DNA of 19,662 bases from Fibrobacterota bacterium. GTDB lineage: Bacteria; Fibrobacterota; Fibrobacteria; UBA11236. Position numbers and translations under genes: made by a program. The DNA is taken from assembly GCA_043753995.1 (NCBI GenBank), contig JAYUVP010000208.1, forward strand, positions 1 through 19,662. The letters are read 5' to 3'. The notes below the pieces were generated by a model. That model searched no databases and was not told the DNA's origin. It worked only from the letters and a program-made list of their open reading frames with translations. Shown here one piece after another: positions 1 to 7,720 of the stretch; the stretch's first letter is position 1, and the number at the start of each line of letters is the position of its first letter.

Positions 1-1
1 G

Positions 2-1945
2 TCCGATATCATAGCCGCCATCAATCTCAAGATTGTAGGTCCACTTTTGGTGCATGGGAACCCATTTTGACTGAGTCAAAACCGAGGTTCTGGTCAGGGC
101 ATTGCTGCCTTGGGCCAAATTCGAATCGGCAGCGGTAGTATCCGCATAAGGAACAAAGCCTTCAAATACGCTGAGATAATCACTGTGGAGGCCGCCTGCT
201 TCCGGACCCAAAGCCAAGGCTCCGGTTTTATATCTAAAGCTTTCGTCGCCCAATCGCCTTTTGTATTTGTCGGGAATGCTATTGTCCACCAAGTCATTAC
301 CCCAACGATTATAGCTGCTCTGGAAAAAGCTGAACTCGTCCTGACCATTTAAACGATGCGGGAAATAAATCAAATCGCGAGCCGAACTGAGTTGAAAATG
401 TTGACCATAGGTAATGCGAAAATGCCCATAACCCGGATTCGGAGTCCAGCTCAAATTCAAGCCCGCCATATTGCGGGCATAGGGAGATCCTTCACCGCGA
501 GCAATGAATTTTCCTGCTCCTACCAAATTAGAGCCAAAGGGATAAAAAGCATCCATGGGAGCAACAAAGGACATGGGAGAATAAAAGTCTTTGCTGATAT
601 AGGCGATATCGGCTCGGAAAGGGACAACTCCCTGATGCTTAACACTTACAAAAAGGGCTGGAGAAAAATCACTGCGTGCAACGCTGTCTTTAAAGCCAGG
701 CAGAAACCGATTGAGGGTCGCTCCTGAAGTGTCTTTGTGGGTCGTATCGATATTCCGGTAAAACACCCCCCAAGTGGTATCTACAATGGACGCACCGATG
801 TCGACATGCAGGGCCCAATTCTCATTGATCTCCCCTTTCAAATCCAGAGATGCTATACGTGGCTCTTTATAGAAATCTCGTCCGTTGAGTATGGTGACAC
901 GCTGACCCGTCAAAGGATCGAGTACGGACTGAGGGGGATTGAAAGGGAAAGAATTCCGCAAAGTGGTGTTTTGCAAATAATCACTGCTGGTGTGAAACCA
1001 ATTCAAGTTGAAGCCCATGGTGAGTCCAGGACCGATTTTTTCCTTGGCCAAACGCAGGTGAAATAGATGTCTATAGCTGTCGCCTATGCCGCGGCCTTTG
1101 GCTTCTGTGGTTTGGTCGGTATAACCGATATCTCCGGAAAAATCCACGTATTCGCGCTCGAAATTGTCATAGCGTTCAAAAGTCGCATACATCAGATTCA
1201 AATAGAGGTCAGCAGGTAGTTGAATGCTTTCAAGTTGTATGCCATTCAGGGCCTTTTTATTCCAAGCTGCGCGACCTGATTTTTCGCCCTTGGCGATATT
1301 GTATTCGTAATAACGGCCAATGGGTTGCTCAACTTCAAAGGGCAAATAATCCCAGGCAAAATTACGAGGCTGAGCCTTCCATACCGTGAGTGGCGAAGCT
1401 TCGGTCCACAACACATTGCCCATGCGCAGCCAAGCCGAAGCCGTATTCGTGCGAATAGCCATGCCTGCCGACATGTCTTCGTGAATATTGGCCGTTTCTT
1501 CCATTTTATCGTGACGGGTTTGCTGTCTCTCATAGCCTTGAGCTTGAGGGAAGTCCGTATCAATATTGGGCGATTCGGCGTATTGATTAGTGAAATTGCC
1601 GGGCAAGGTATGCTGAAAACCGATTTTCGCCCAAAGGACCGAATTGCGATTGGGTCGAACGACCATGCCCAAACGGAGCAGGCTTTCATTGCCCTCAAAA
1701 TTCGCATTGGTATAGGTGCGATCCTTCCGCATATACTCCGGGGCACTGTATAAATAATGCTCTTGGATTTTCAGGCGAGCTTCGCCCGCAAAGGAAACCG
1801 GGCTGCTACCCCCATACATCAAGGTCGACCGGACATGGGTTTCCAAGGACTCGAATTGGTCATTGGATATACCGAGCGAGTCCGAATTATCGGCTTGGGC
1901 CGCGAGGGCGGCAAGGCAAAGCAGGAATGCGGTTTGAGTCACCAT
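2..1945 (-). CDS. Exported protein, probable outer-membrane beta-barrel (partial, 3' end beyond the left edge; >=648 aa)
   Basis: Not in the ORF track. I read the minus frame codon by codon from ATG 1945 to base 2 and found no stop; an in-frame TGA lies just upstream (1949-1951). N-terminus MVTQTAFLLCLAALAAQA|DNSDS resembles a Sec/SPI signal peptide. Many alternating amphipathic strands: LRLGMVVRP, VLWAKIGFQH, LYLNLMYAT, LTMGFNLNWFH, WALHVDIGAS, FRADIAYIS, GLNLSWTP, HFRITYGQH, WTYNLEIDGGYDI. The CDS is secure; the barrel call is inference. Confidence 0.85.
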   Translation of the reverse strand, partial: MVTQTAFLLCLAALAAQADNSDSLGISNDQFESLETHVRSTLMYGGSSPVSFAGEARLKIQEHYLYSAPEYMRKDRTYTNANFEGNESLLRLGMVVRPNRNSVLWAKIGFQHTLPGNFTNQYAESPNIDTDFPQAQGYERQQTRHDKMEETANIHEDMSAGMAIRTNTASAWLRMGNVLWTEASPLTVWKAQPRNFAWDYLPFEVEQPIGRYYEYNIAKGEKSGRAAWNKKALNGIQLESIQLPADLYLNLMYATFERYDNFEREYVDFSGDIGYTDQTTEAKGRGIGDSYRHLFHLRLAKEKIGPGLTMGFNLNWFHTSSDYLQNTTLRNSFPFNPPQSVLDPLTGQRVTILNGRDFYKEPRIASLDLKGEINENWALHVDIGASIVDTTWGVFYRNIDTTHKDTSGATLNRFLPGFKDSVARSDFSPALFVSVKHQGVVPFRADIAYISKDFYSPMSFVAPMDAFYPFGSNLVGAGKFIARGEGSPYARNMAGLNLSWTPNPGYGHFRITYGQHFQLSSARDLIYFPHRLNGQDEFSFFQSSYNRWGNDLVDNSIPDKYKRRLGDESFRYKTGALALGPEAGGLHSDYLSVFEGFVPYADTTAADSNLAQGSNALTRTSVLTQSKWVPMHQKWTYNLEIDGGYDIG

Positions 1946-2027
1946 GTATCATTCTTTGGGACAAAACTGTCTTGTGCTGTGCTTGGTACCGTTTTCACGG
2001 CCTCGCGTTCAACGAATTGAGAAAGCA

Positions 2028-3902
2028 TTAATCCTTGACGGCACCGGCTGTAAGGCCAGAAACGATTTGTTTTTGCATCAGGAAAAACAGGAACATGACC
2101 GGCAAGGTAGATACCGTGGCTGCGGCCATCATTAAGTCATAGCGATTCTGGAAATTACCGACGAAGAGTCGTATGCCCACCGGTATGGTATAGGTCTTTT
2201 CGGAAGTAAGAACCCAGGCAAACATAAGTTCATCCCAGGCCGACAAAAAGACATAAACGCCGGTGGCGACAATGCCTGGCATGGCCGAGGGGACAATGAT
2301 GCGAAAAAAAGCCTTGAATGGACCGCAGCCATCGATTAGGGCCGCCTCTTCCAATTCCTTGGGAATGGAGGCAAAGAAACCCCGCAAAATCCAAATCGAG
2401 AAAGGCACGAAATAGGCCGCATAGGTCAAAATGAGTCCGAGATAGGTGCCCTTAATCACGAGCCCTGAGTGCTTGGCGATATTGACATACATCAAATAAA
2501 TCGGGAGGAGGAGCATGATGCCCGGAATCATTTGCGTGGCTAAAACCGAATAGCCAAAAGTGCTGCGACCGGGGAAATCATAGCGCGCCAGAGCGTACCC
2601 GCCCAAGGATGCCAGGACCATGGCAATAATCATGACGCTACCGCAAACGATAAAACTGTTGAACAAATAGCGCCCAAAGTCGATATAGCGCCAGAGGTCT
2701 ACAAAATTTCGCCACTGGAAATAAAAGGGGGGCTTCGGCAGGGAGAAAAAGGCTTGCTGCTTGCCGTCCTGTGCGGTCAAAGCTAAGGCTCCTCGCGTCC
2801 CCCCCGCTAAAACGGTCCCGTCCGCAAGAGCCAGTAAGGTCGTGGTTTCTGCGCCCGTCACATCAGTATTGTCCTCATCATATTCCGCACCCGTATAGGA
2901 AGGATGACGGGTCTGCCCCACGGTGCAAGCGGACCTGGAGGAATCCATCTCAATCGAAATGACGGCCTGGGAATTGCCAACCCAAATTCGATTGGCATCC
3001 GAGCTGCCAATAGGGGGAATCCCAAGCGCGGAAACAACGCTGGTGCCTAATCCTTCTTCTTCGCCCATCGAACAAGCGACACTGTCGCCATCACGATGAT
3101 ATATCAATACGGTTTTGCCCCGCAGGAAAGCCGAATAGGATCCTTTCAAATCGGCAAAACGAGAAATATCACCCGGAATTAGAGCTGGGGAAGGCATGAC
3201 CTTGGCCATGGCAGAACTTTGCATGGCGAAACGGTAATAGCCTTTGGATGTCAGCAAGCTCAAGGTGTCCCCTGCCCCACCCGACATTTGCCGTATGGCG
3301 CCTATTTGAGCCGTAGCCAGCGGTGTTACCGGCACAAAGATTTTATGCTGCGGGGAAAAACGCAAAACACCGGGGAAATCCACGAACAAATAGGCAAGAT
3401 AAAGGTCACCTTGCACCCTTACCAGGCTGGATGCCGCGACATCATTTACCCACAGGGTTTTCCAAGTATTTCCGTAAGCCTTGGCCATGGCCTCCACGGG
3501 ATAGTCCGCAATCACCTCAAGATTACTCGTCGACATGGCTTGTAAACCGCGATTGCTCGACAGGACCCACAGGGTGTCGCCTTGAAGGCTATAACTGGTA
3601 GCGAAAGTGCCTAGGTCCGCATGCTTTTTGAGCGCCAAATGCGGGTCGAGAAGATTCACTCCGCCGTCTTGAGTGCCCACCAAAAAACCGCCCGGCAAGG
3701 CTTCAGCGAAGGTCACGTCATTGTGACGTCTTCCCGGCATTACCGCACCGGAAAGGATTTCATTATTGTCTTTGAAGCTGCAATACACCATCCAAGCGAT
3801 GGGGACGAGATTGCCCAGCACCAGGAAAAAGGTCAAGGTGGTGAGGAAATTGGCCCCTAGGGCACGGCGCAAAGCGAGGCTCATGCTTTTCTTGTCTCTC
3901 AA
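2028..3902 (-). CDS. Carbohydrate ABC transporter permease (MalG-like) with a large extracytoplasmic beta-propeller-like insert
   Basis: TM1 LTFFLVLGNLVPIAWMVYCSFK, then a ~335-aa soluble insert, then a typical MalG core (NFVDLW..FGRYLFNS, GYALARYDFPGR), EAA loop ELEEAALIDGCGPFKAFFRIIVP and end GLTAGAVKD. The TTG start overlaps the upstream stop (TTGA); an alternative ATG is at 3884. Confidence 0.93.
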   Translation of the reverse strand: MRDKKSMSLALRRALGANFLTTLTFFLVLGNLVPIAWMVYCSFKDNNEILSGAVMPGRRHNDVTFAEALPGGFLVGTQDGGVNLLDPHLALKKHADLGTFATSYSLQGDTLWVLSSNRGLQAMSTSNLEVIADYPVEAMAKAYGNTWKTLWVNDVAASSLVRVQGDLYLAYLFVDFPGVLRFSPQHKIFVPVTPLATAQIGAIRQMSGGAGDTLSLLTSKGYYRFAMQSSAMAKVMPSPALIPGDISRFADLKGSYSAFLRGKTVLIYHRDGDSVACSMGEEEGLGTSVVSALGIPPIGSSDANRIWVGNSQAVISIEMDSSRSACTVGQTRHPSYTGAEYDEDNTDVTGAETTTLLALADGTVLAGGTRGALALTAQDGKQQAFFSLPKPPFYFQWRNFVDLWRYIDFGRYLFNSFIVCGSVMIIAMVLASLGGYALARYDFPGRSTFGYSVLATQMIPGIMLLLPIYLMYVNIAKHSGLVIKGTYLGLILTYAAYFVPFSIWILRGFFASIPKELEEAALIDGCGPFKAFFRIIVPSAMPGIVATGVYVFLSAWDELMFAWVLTSEKTYTIPVGIRLFVGNFQNRYDLMMAAATVSTLPVMFLFFLMQKQIVSGLTAGAVKD

Positions 3903-4831
3903 CGCGCCGACAGGCTATCCTTGAACGCCCGATACCACACGAATACCACGGTCACCATGCCCAGCATGAGCAGGGAAGACATGGCCGCGCCACTGCCGAA
4001 ATCCCACATTTGAAAACTGTTGCGAAAAATATTGGTCATGAGCAAGTCGCCGTTCTTTCCGGGAAAGCCCGCGCCATTGCCGAACATCATGATCACGATA
4101 TTGAAACTATAGACGTTGAAAATCAGGCCATGCAAAATCAAAATGGCCCAAACCGGCTTGAGTAAAGGCCAGGTGATATTCCGAAAGCTTTGCCACGGGC
4201 TCGCGCCGTCTATATGGGCGGCCTCATAAACATCCTTGGAAATGCCCTGTAAGCCAGCAAGCAGCATCAGCATGGAAAAAGGCCATTGCCGCCAAATCGT
4301 GGGGATGATGATGGCCCAAATGGTATTCGGTCCGATGAGCCAAACGGGTTTTTCGTCCATCAGATGCAGCCAATCCACCAAAATGATATTGACCAGGCCT
4401 ACGTCTTTTTGCCAAAGGAAACCCCATAGCAAGCCCACCACATAAGTCGGAACTATCCATGGAAAAAGCATCAAGGTGCGCACCACGGAGCGGCCCCGGA
4501 AATCGCGATTGACGAGCAGGGCTGCGGCCATGCCGACAATCAAGGTCCCCACCGTGACCGCGACGGTGTATTCTATGGTATTGCGCAAAGCGTCCCAAAG
4601 CCCCGAACGCATGGGGCTGTCTGTATTGAAAAGAACATTGCGATAATTTTCCAGGCCCGCGAAGGGTGCCGCGAGATAGTCGAGAAGCTTGTCCTTGCGG
4701 CTGCGAAGGAAACCAAGATAAAGGCCTTGGCCGATGGGCAATATTTGCAGCACCAACATGCCGAGCACGGTGGGCAGCAAAAACAGGTAGGCGACCCGGT
4801 GCTTGCGCAGCGTATAAAAGAGCTTGGTCAT
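3899..4831 (-). CDS. Carbohydrate ABC transporter permease (MalF/UgpA-like)
   Basis: AYLFLLP N-terminus, FAGLENY, multiple TM helices, EAA loop DVYEAAHIDGASPWQSFRNITWPLLKP, DFGSGAAMS. Confidence 0.95.
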   Translation of the reverse strand: MTKLFYTLRKHRVAYLFLLPTVLGMLVLQILPIGQGLYLGFLRSRKDKLLDYLAAPFAGLENYRNVLFNTDSPMRSGLWDALRNTIEYTVAVTVGTLIVGMAAALLVNRDFRGRSVVRTLMLFPWIVPTYVVGLLWGFLWQKDVGLVNIILVDWLHLMDEKPVWLIGPNTIWAIIIPTIWRQWPFSMLMLLAGLQGISKDVYEAAHIDGASPWQSFRNITWPLLKPVWAILILHGLIFNVYSFNIVIMMFGNGAGFPGKNGDLLMTNIFRNSFQMWDFGSGAAMSSLLMLGMVTVVFVWYRAFKDSLSAR

Positions 4832-4832
4832 G

Positions 4833-4868
4833 AAAAAAAAGGTCGTGAGGTGTACGCCGTCACATCAC
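4833..4868 (-). terminator. Weak stem-loop plus T8 tract between the binding-protein gene and the first permease (possible partial terminator or mRNA stabiliser)
   Basis: Minus strand reads GTGA-T-GTG-acggcgta-CAC-C-TCAC-gacc-TTTTTTTT-c-ATG: a 7-bp stem with one mismatch and a U-run 4 nt later. Confidence 0.3.
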
Positions 4869-6328
4869 TCAGCAGGAACCGCCGCCACGCGTTTTTCGAG
4901 CAAGGCTCGGTGTTCCGGGTGATTTTGGAAATGCTGGGCTATCACGGCGTCGATTTCCTTTACCATGGCTTCGACTTCAGTTTTCACAGCGGCTTCGCTA
5001 TAAGGGCCATTCACCTCGGCCGCAATGTCGAGGAGATTTCCAAGGCGCTTGGTGAGTATGGAGGTTTCGATTTCACCCCAATACGGCACACTGGGATATA
5101 CGCGGCCATATTGCACGATGTCCTTGAAGACCGAGCGCTTCTCGTCTTGGGTGAACCAGGGATCTTCGAAGGCGGTTTTCAGCGCGGGTAAGAAACCAGA
5201 AATGCGGCTATAGGCCATTTGCTGCGCAGTTTCAGCCGTGAGGTATCGGATCAATTCCTTGGCTAAAGCAGCTTGGGTCGAGCTTTTGAAAACGGCCAAT
5301 TGCGATGCACCCATGAATACCGCGCGGCTCTTGGGACCGGCTGCGGGCACCAAAACTCCGTAATTTCGCGCCACTGGAGAATTGCCTATGCCGCCCTGCT
5401 CCGGGGGCAAATTCAAATAAATGTTTTTGGTGGTGGTTTCGAAAAGAGTTGCCAAACGGCCAGCATCGAATTCCGAGGAAATTTGCGCGGTATTCTTTTC
5501 CAAATTGGTTTTGGCATTAAGCCCCCGACGCACCATGTCGAGGAAAAACGTGATGCCCTGAATGGCTTCTGGACTCCCCAAGGCGCATTGGGTGCCCGCG
5601 GGATTCAGAAAATCACCGCCATTGCCCCAAATCCAAGGGGCGAAATTATGCACCACATTCCAGTCATTTTTACCGGGAAAGCCCACCGGCGCCACCACGT
5701 CCCCATTGTGCTTTATCTTGGCGGCTTTGATTTTTTCCAAAGCGGCGATATAGTCGCCCCAAGTATTCAGAGATTTGGGGTCGACCTTGGCTTTGGCGAA
5801 AACATCGCTACGATAATACATGGGGCGCACATCGAGAAACCATGGCAAGGACGTCGCATGCTCCGATGCGCGCGGAATAATGGCTTCATAAAGATTGGGC
5901 AAAAACACATTCTTGGCATCGACATCCTTAGCAAGGTCATCAATGGGCAATAAGGCGCCGAGATCGGTGATGGAAGAAACCCAGGTGATTCCCAATTGCA
6001 CCACGTCGGGACCGTCGCCAGCGATGGCGGCGGTGGTGATTTTGGTCCAGGCACTGGACCAATCCAAAACCGATACGGTCACCTTGAGTCCAGAATGCGC
6101 CTTGCGAAAGCCCGTGAGAAGGGTATCCATGTCATCTTGGGGCTTGGGCGTATTCGGCATGACCCAAATTTTCAATTCTTGTGGGCCAGGTGCCGAGGCG
6201 GCGGCGGTATCGCCCTCTTGCTTATTCGCTTTTTGGCATCCCGTGAATCCCAGGATGGCGAACAAGCTGGCGGCTAGGATTCCGAAAAACGGACACGCGC
6301 CCAAACGATTTATTTTGAAATGCATCAT
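4865..6328 (-). CDS. Sugar ABC transporter solute-binding lipoprotein (family 1, oligosaccharide type)
   Basis: Signal peptide with lipobox LGFTG|C, Ala/Pro-rich linker, LKIWVMPN, VLDWSSAWTKITTAAIAGDGPDVVQLGITWV, SLPWFLDVRPMYYRSDVF, TWGDY, GKNDWNVVHNFAPWIWGNGG. AGGA lies upstream of the ATG. Confidence 0.93.
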   Translation of the reverse strand: MMHFKINRLGACPFFGILAASLFAILGFTGCQKANKQEGDTAAASAPGPQELKIWVMPNTPKPQDDMDTLLTGFRKAHSGLKVTVSVLDWSSAWTKITTAAIAGDGPDVVQLGITWVSSITDLGALLPIDDLAKDVDAKNVFLPNLYEAIIPRASEHATSLPWFLDVRPMYYRSDVFAKAKVDPKSLNTWGDYIAALEKIKAAKIKHNGDVVAPVGFPGKNDWNVVHNFAPWIWGNGGDFLNPAGTQCALGSPEAIQGITFFLDMVRRGLNAKTNLEKNTAQISSEFDAGRLATLFETTTKNIYLNLPPEQGGIGNSPVARNYGVLVPAAGPKSRAVFMGASQLAVFKSSTQAALAKELIRYLTAETAQQMAYSRISGFLPALKTAFEDPWFTQDEKRSVFKDIVQYGRVYPSVPYWGEIETSILTKRLGNLLDIAAEVNGPYSEAAVKTEVEAMVKEIDAVIAQHFQNHPEHRALLEKRVAAVPAE

Positions 6329-6375
6329 GGTTCTAATTCCTGAAATGGCTTATTACTCAGCGAAAAAGCCGTGCT

Positions 6376-7437
6376 TCAATCGATGAAAAAGTGAAGGTGT
6401 TCGACCGCCGGGGACAGTTTCACGCGATCGCCGCGTTTAACCAATTGCGTCGGATCGATGCGAGCCACTAAGCGATGTTCGCCGGTTCGGCAATAAACCA
6501 TGGTCTCGGCTCCCAAGGGCTCGACTATTTCGATTTCAGCCGCCAAACCTTCGGCTTCTGAACCCAGGACTCGAATATGCTCGGGCCTTGTGCCCAAGGT
6601 TTTCACCGCGGATCCAAAGCGGGGACGGGATTCGACCTGGGAAATGCCGATACCCAAGGAACCTTGTGCTCCCGGAATGGAAAGCTTTCCATCGTCGATT
6701 CGCAAGGGAAGAAAGTTCATGGGGGGCATGCCGATAAAACCAGCCACGAAGTGATTGGCAGGTTGGTGATACAGGTCCAAAGGCGTGCCCAATTGCTGAA
6801 TGACTCCGTCCTTCATGCAACAGATGCGATGCCCCATGGTCATGGCCTCGGTTTGATCATGCGTGACATAAATCATAGTGGTTTGCAGGTCAGCGGAAAG
6901 GCGCGAAATTTCCACTCGCATTTGCACGCGCATTTTGGCGTCGAGATTGGATAGCGGTTCATCGAAAAGAAACACCTTAGGCTTGCGGACAATTGCTCGG
7001 CCCAAGGCCACGCGCTGCCTTTGCCCACCGGACAAAGCTTTGGGCTTGCGCTTGAGATAAGGCGTGAGCCCGAGCAACTCAGCAGCCTCATTCACTCGTT
7101 TTTGAATTTCTTGGCTTGCAACTTTGCGCAACTTGAGACCGAAAGCCAGATTTTCCTCTACGCTCATATGAGGATAAAGCGCGTAATTCTGGAAGACCAT
7201 GGCAATATCGCGGTCCTTGGGCGCGACGTCATTGCATCGGCGATCGCCGATGAGCAATTCTCCGCTCGAAATTTCTTCAAGGCCGGCAATCATGCGCAGC
7301 AAGGTGGACTTGCCGCAACCCGAAGGCCCGACGAGTACCATAAATTCGCGATCAGTGATTTTCAGCGAGAGGTTGTCGACAGCTGTAACGTTCCCGTCAT
7401 AGACCTTGACGATGTTTTTGAGGGTGACCTCGGCCAC
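6376..7437 (-). CDS. Sugar ABC transporter ATP-binding subunit (MalK/MsmK/UgpC family)
   Basis: Walker A GPSGCGKST, Q-loop VFQNYALYPHM, signature LSGGQRQR, Walker B FLFDEPLSNLD, H-loop YVTHDQ, C-terminal TOBE-like EIVEPLGAET. Start moved from the track's 7587 to GTG 7437 (VAEVTLKNIVKVY matches the usual family N-terminus); ATG 7455 is also possible. Confidence 0.96.
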   Translation of the reverse strand: MAEVTLKNIVKVYDGNVTAVDNLSLKITDREFMVLVGPSGCGKSTLLRMIAGLEEISSGELLIGDRRCNDVAPKDRDIAMVFQNYALYPHMSVEENLAFGLKLRKVASQEIQKRVNEAAELLGLTPYLKRKPKALSGGQRQRVALGRAIVRKPKVFLFDEPLSNLDAKMRVQMRVEISRLSADLQTTMIYVTHDQTEAMTMGHRICCMKDGVIQQLGTPLDLYHQPANHFVAGFIGMPPMNFLPLRIDDGKLSIPGAQGSLGIGISQVESRPRFGSAVKTLGTRPEHIRVLGSEAEGLAAEIEIVEPLGAETMVYCRTGEHRLVARIDPTQLVKRGDRVKLSPAVEHLHFFID

Positions 7438-7720
7438 GTAGCGATCCCATTCCATGGAGGCGCCAGGGCGGCTTTCGATAATACCTAAGCTCTCTAGTAT
7501 GCCAGAAAACTTGTGTATTTCGACTTTGCAGGGCATTCCGACCCGACGGAATGCCCCCCCAGCATTGGATAGTTGACTTAGTGGCAATCAAATCTAGCCG
7601 GTTCAGTGACCAAGCTGGCCATAAAGGCTCCAGAACTCCCGAAGGGGCCAGAAATTCCTCCCAAGGGAAGGGCGCTAATTGTGAGTTTGTAACTGAAGCC
7701 CAATTTGTATATCGGAGCCA

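Noticed and set aside
94..2135. Short track ORFs on both strands in the first 2 kb
   Set aside because: They are antisense or off-frame shadows of the long minus-strand ORF 2-1945 and the permease 3' end.
7489..7504. TGGCATACTAGAGAGC on the minus strand as a sigma54 -24/-12 promoter
   Set aside because: GG and GC are 11 nt apart, not the required 10, and TTGC is absent. I saw no correctly spaced sigma54 site in the intergenic regions.
7438..7587. N-terminal extension of the ABC ATPase given in the track
   Set aside because: Family similarity starts at VAEVTLKN; the extension covers the likely promoter region.
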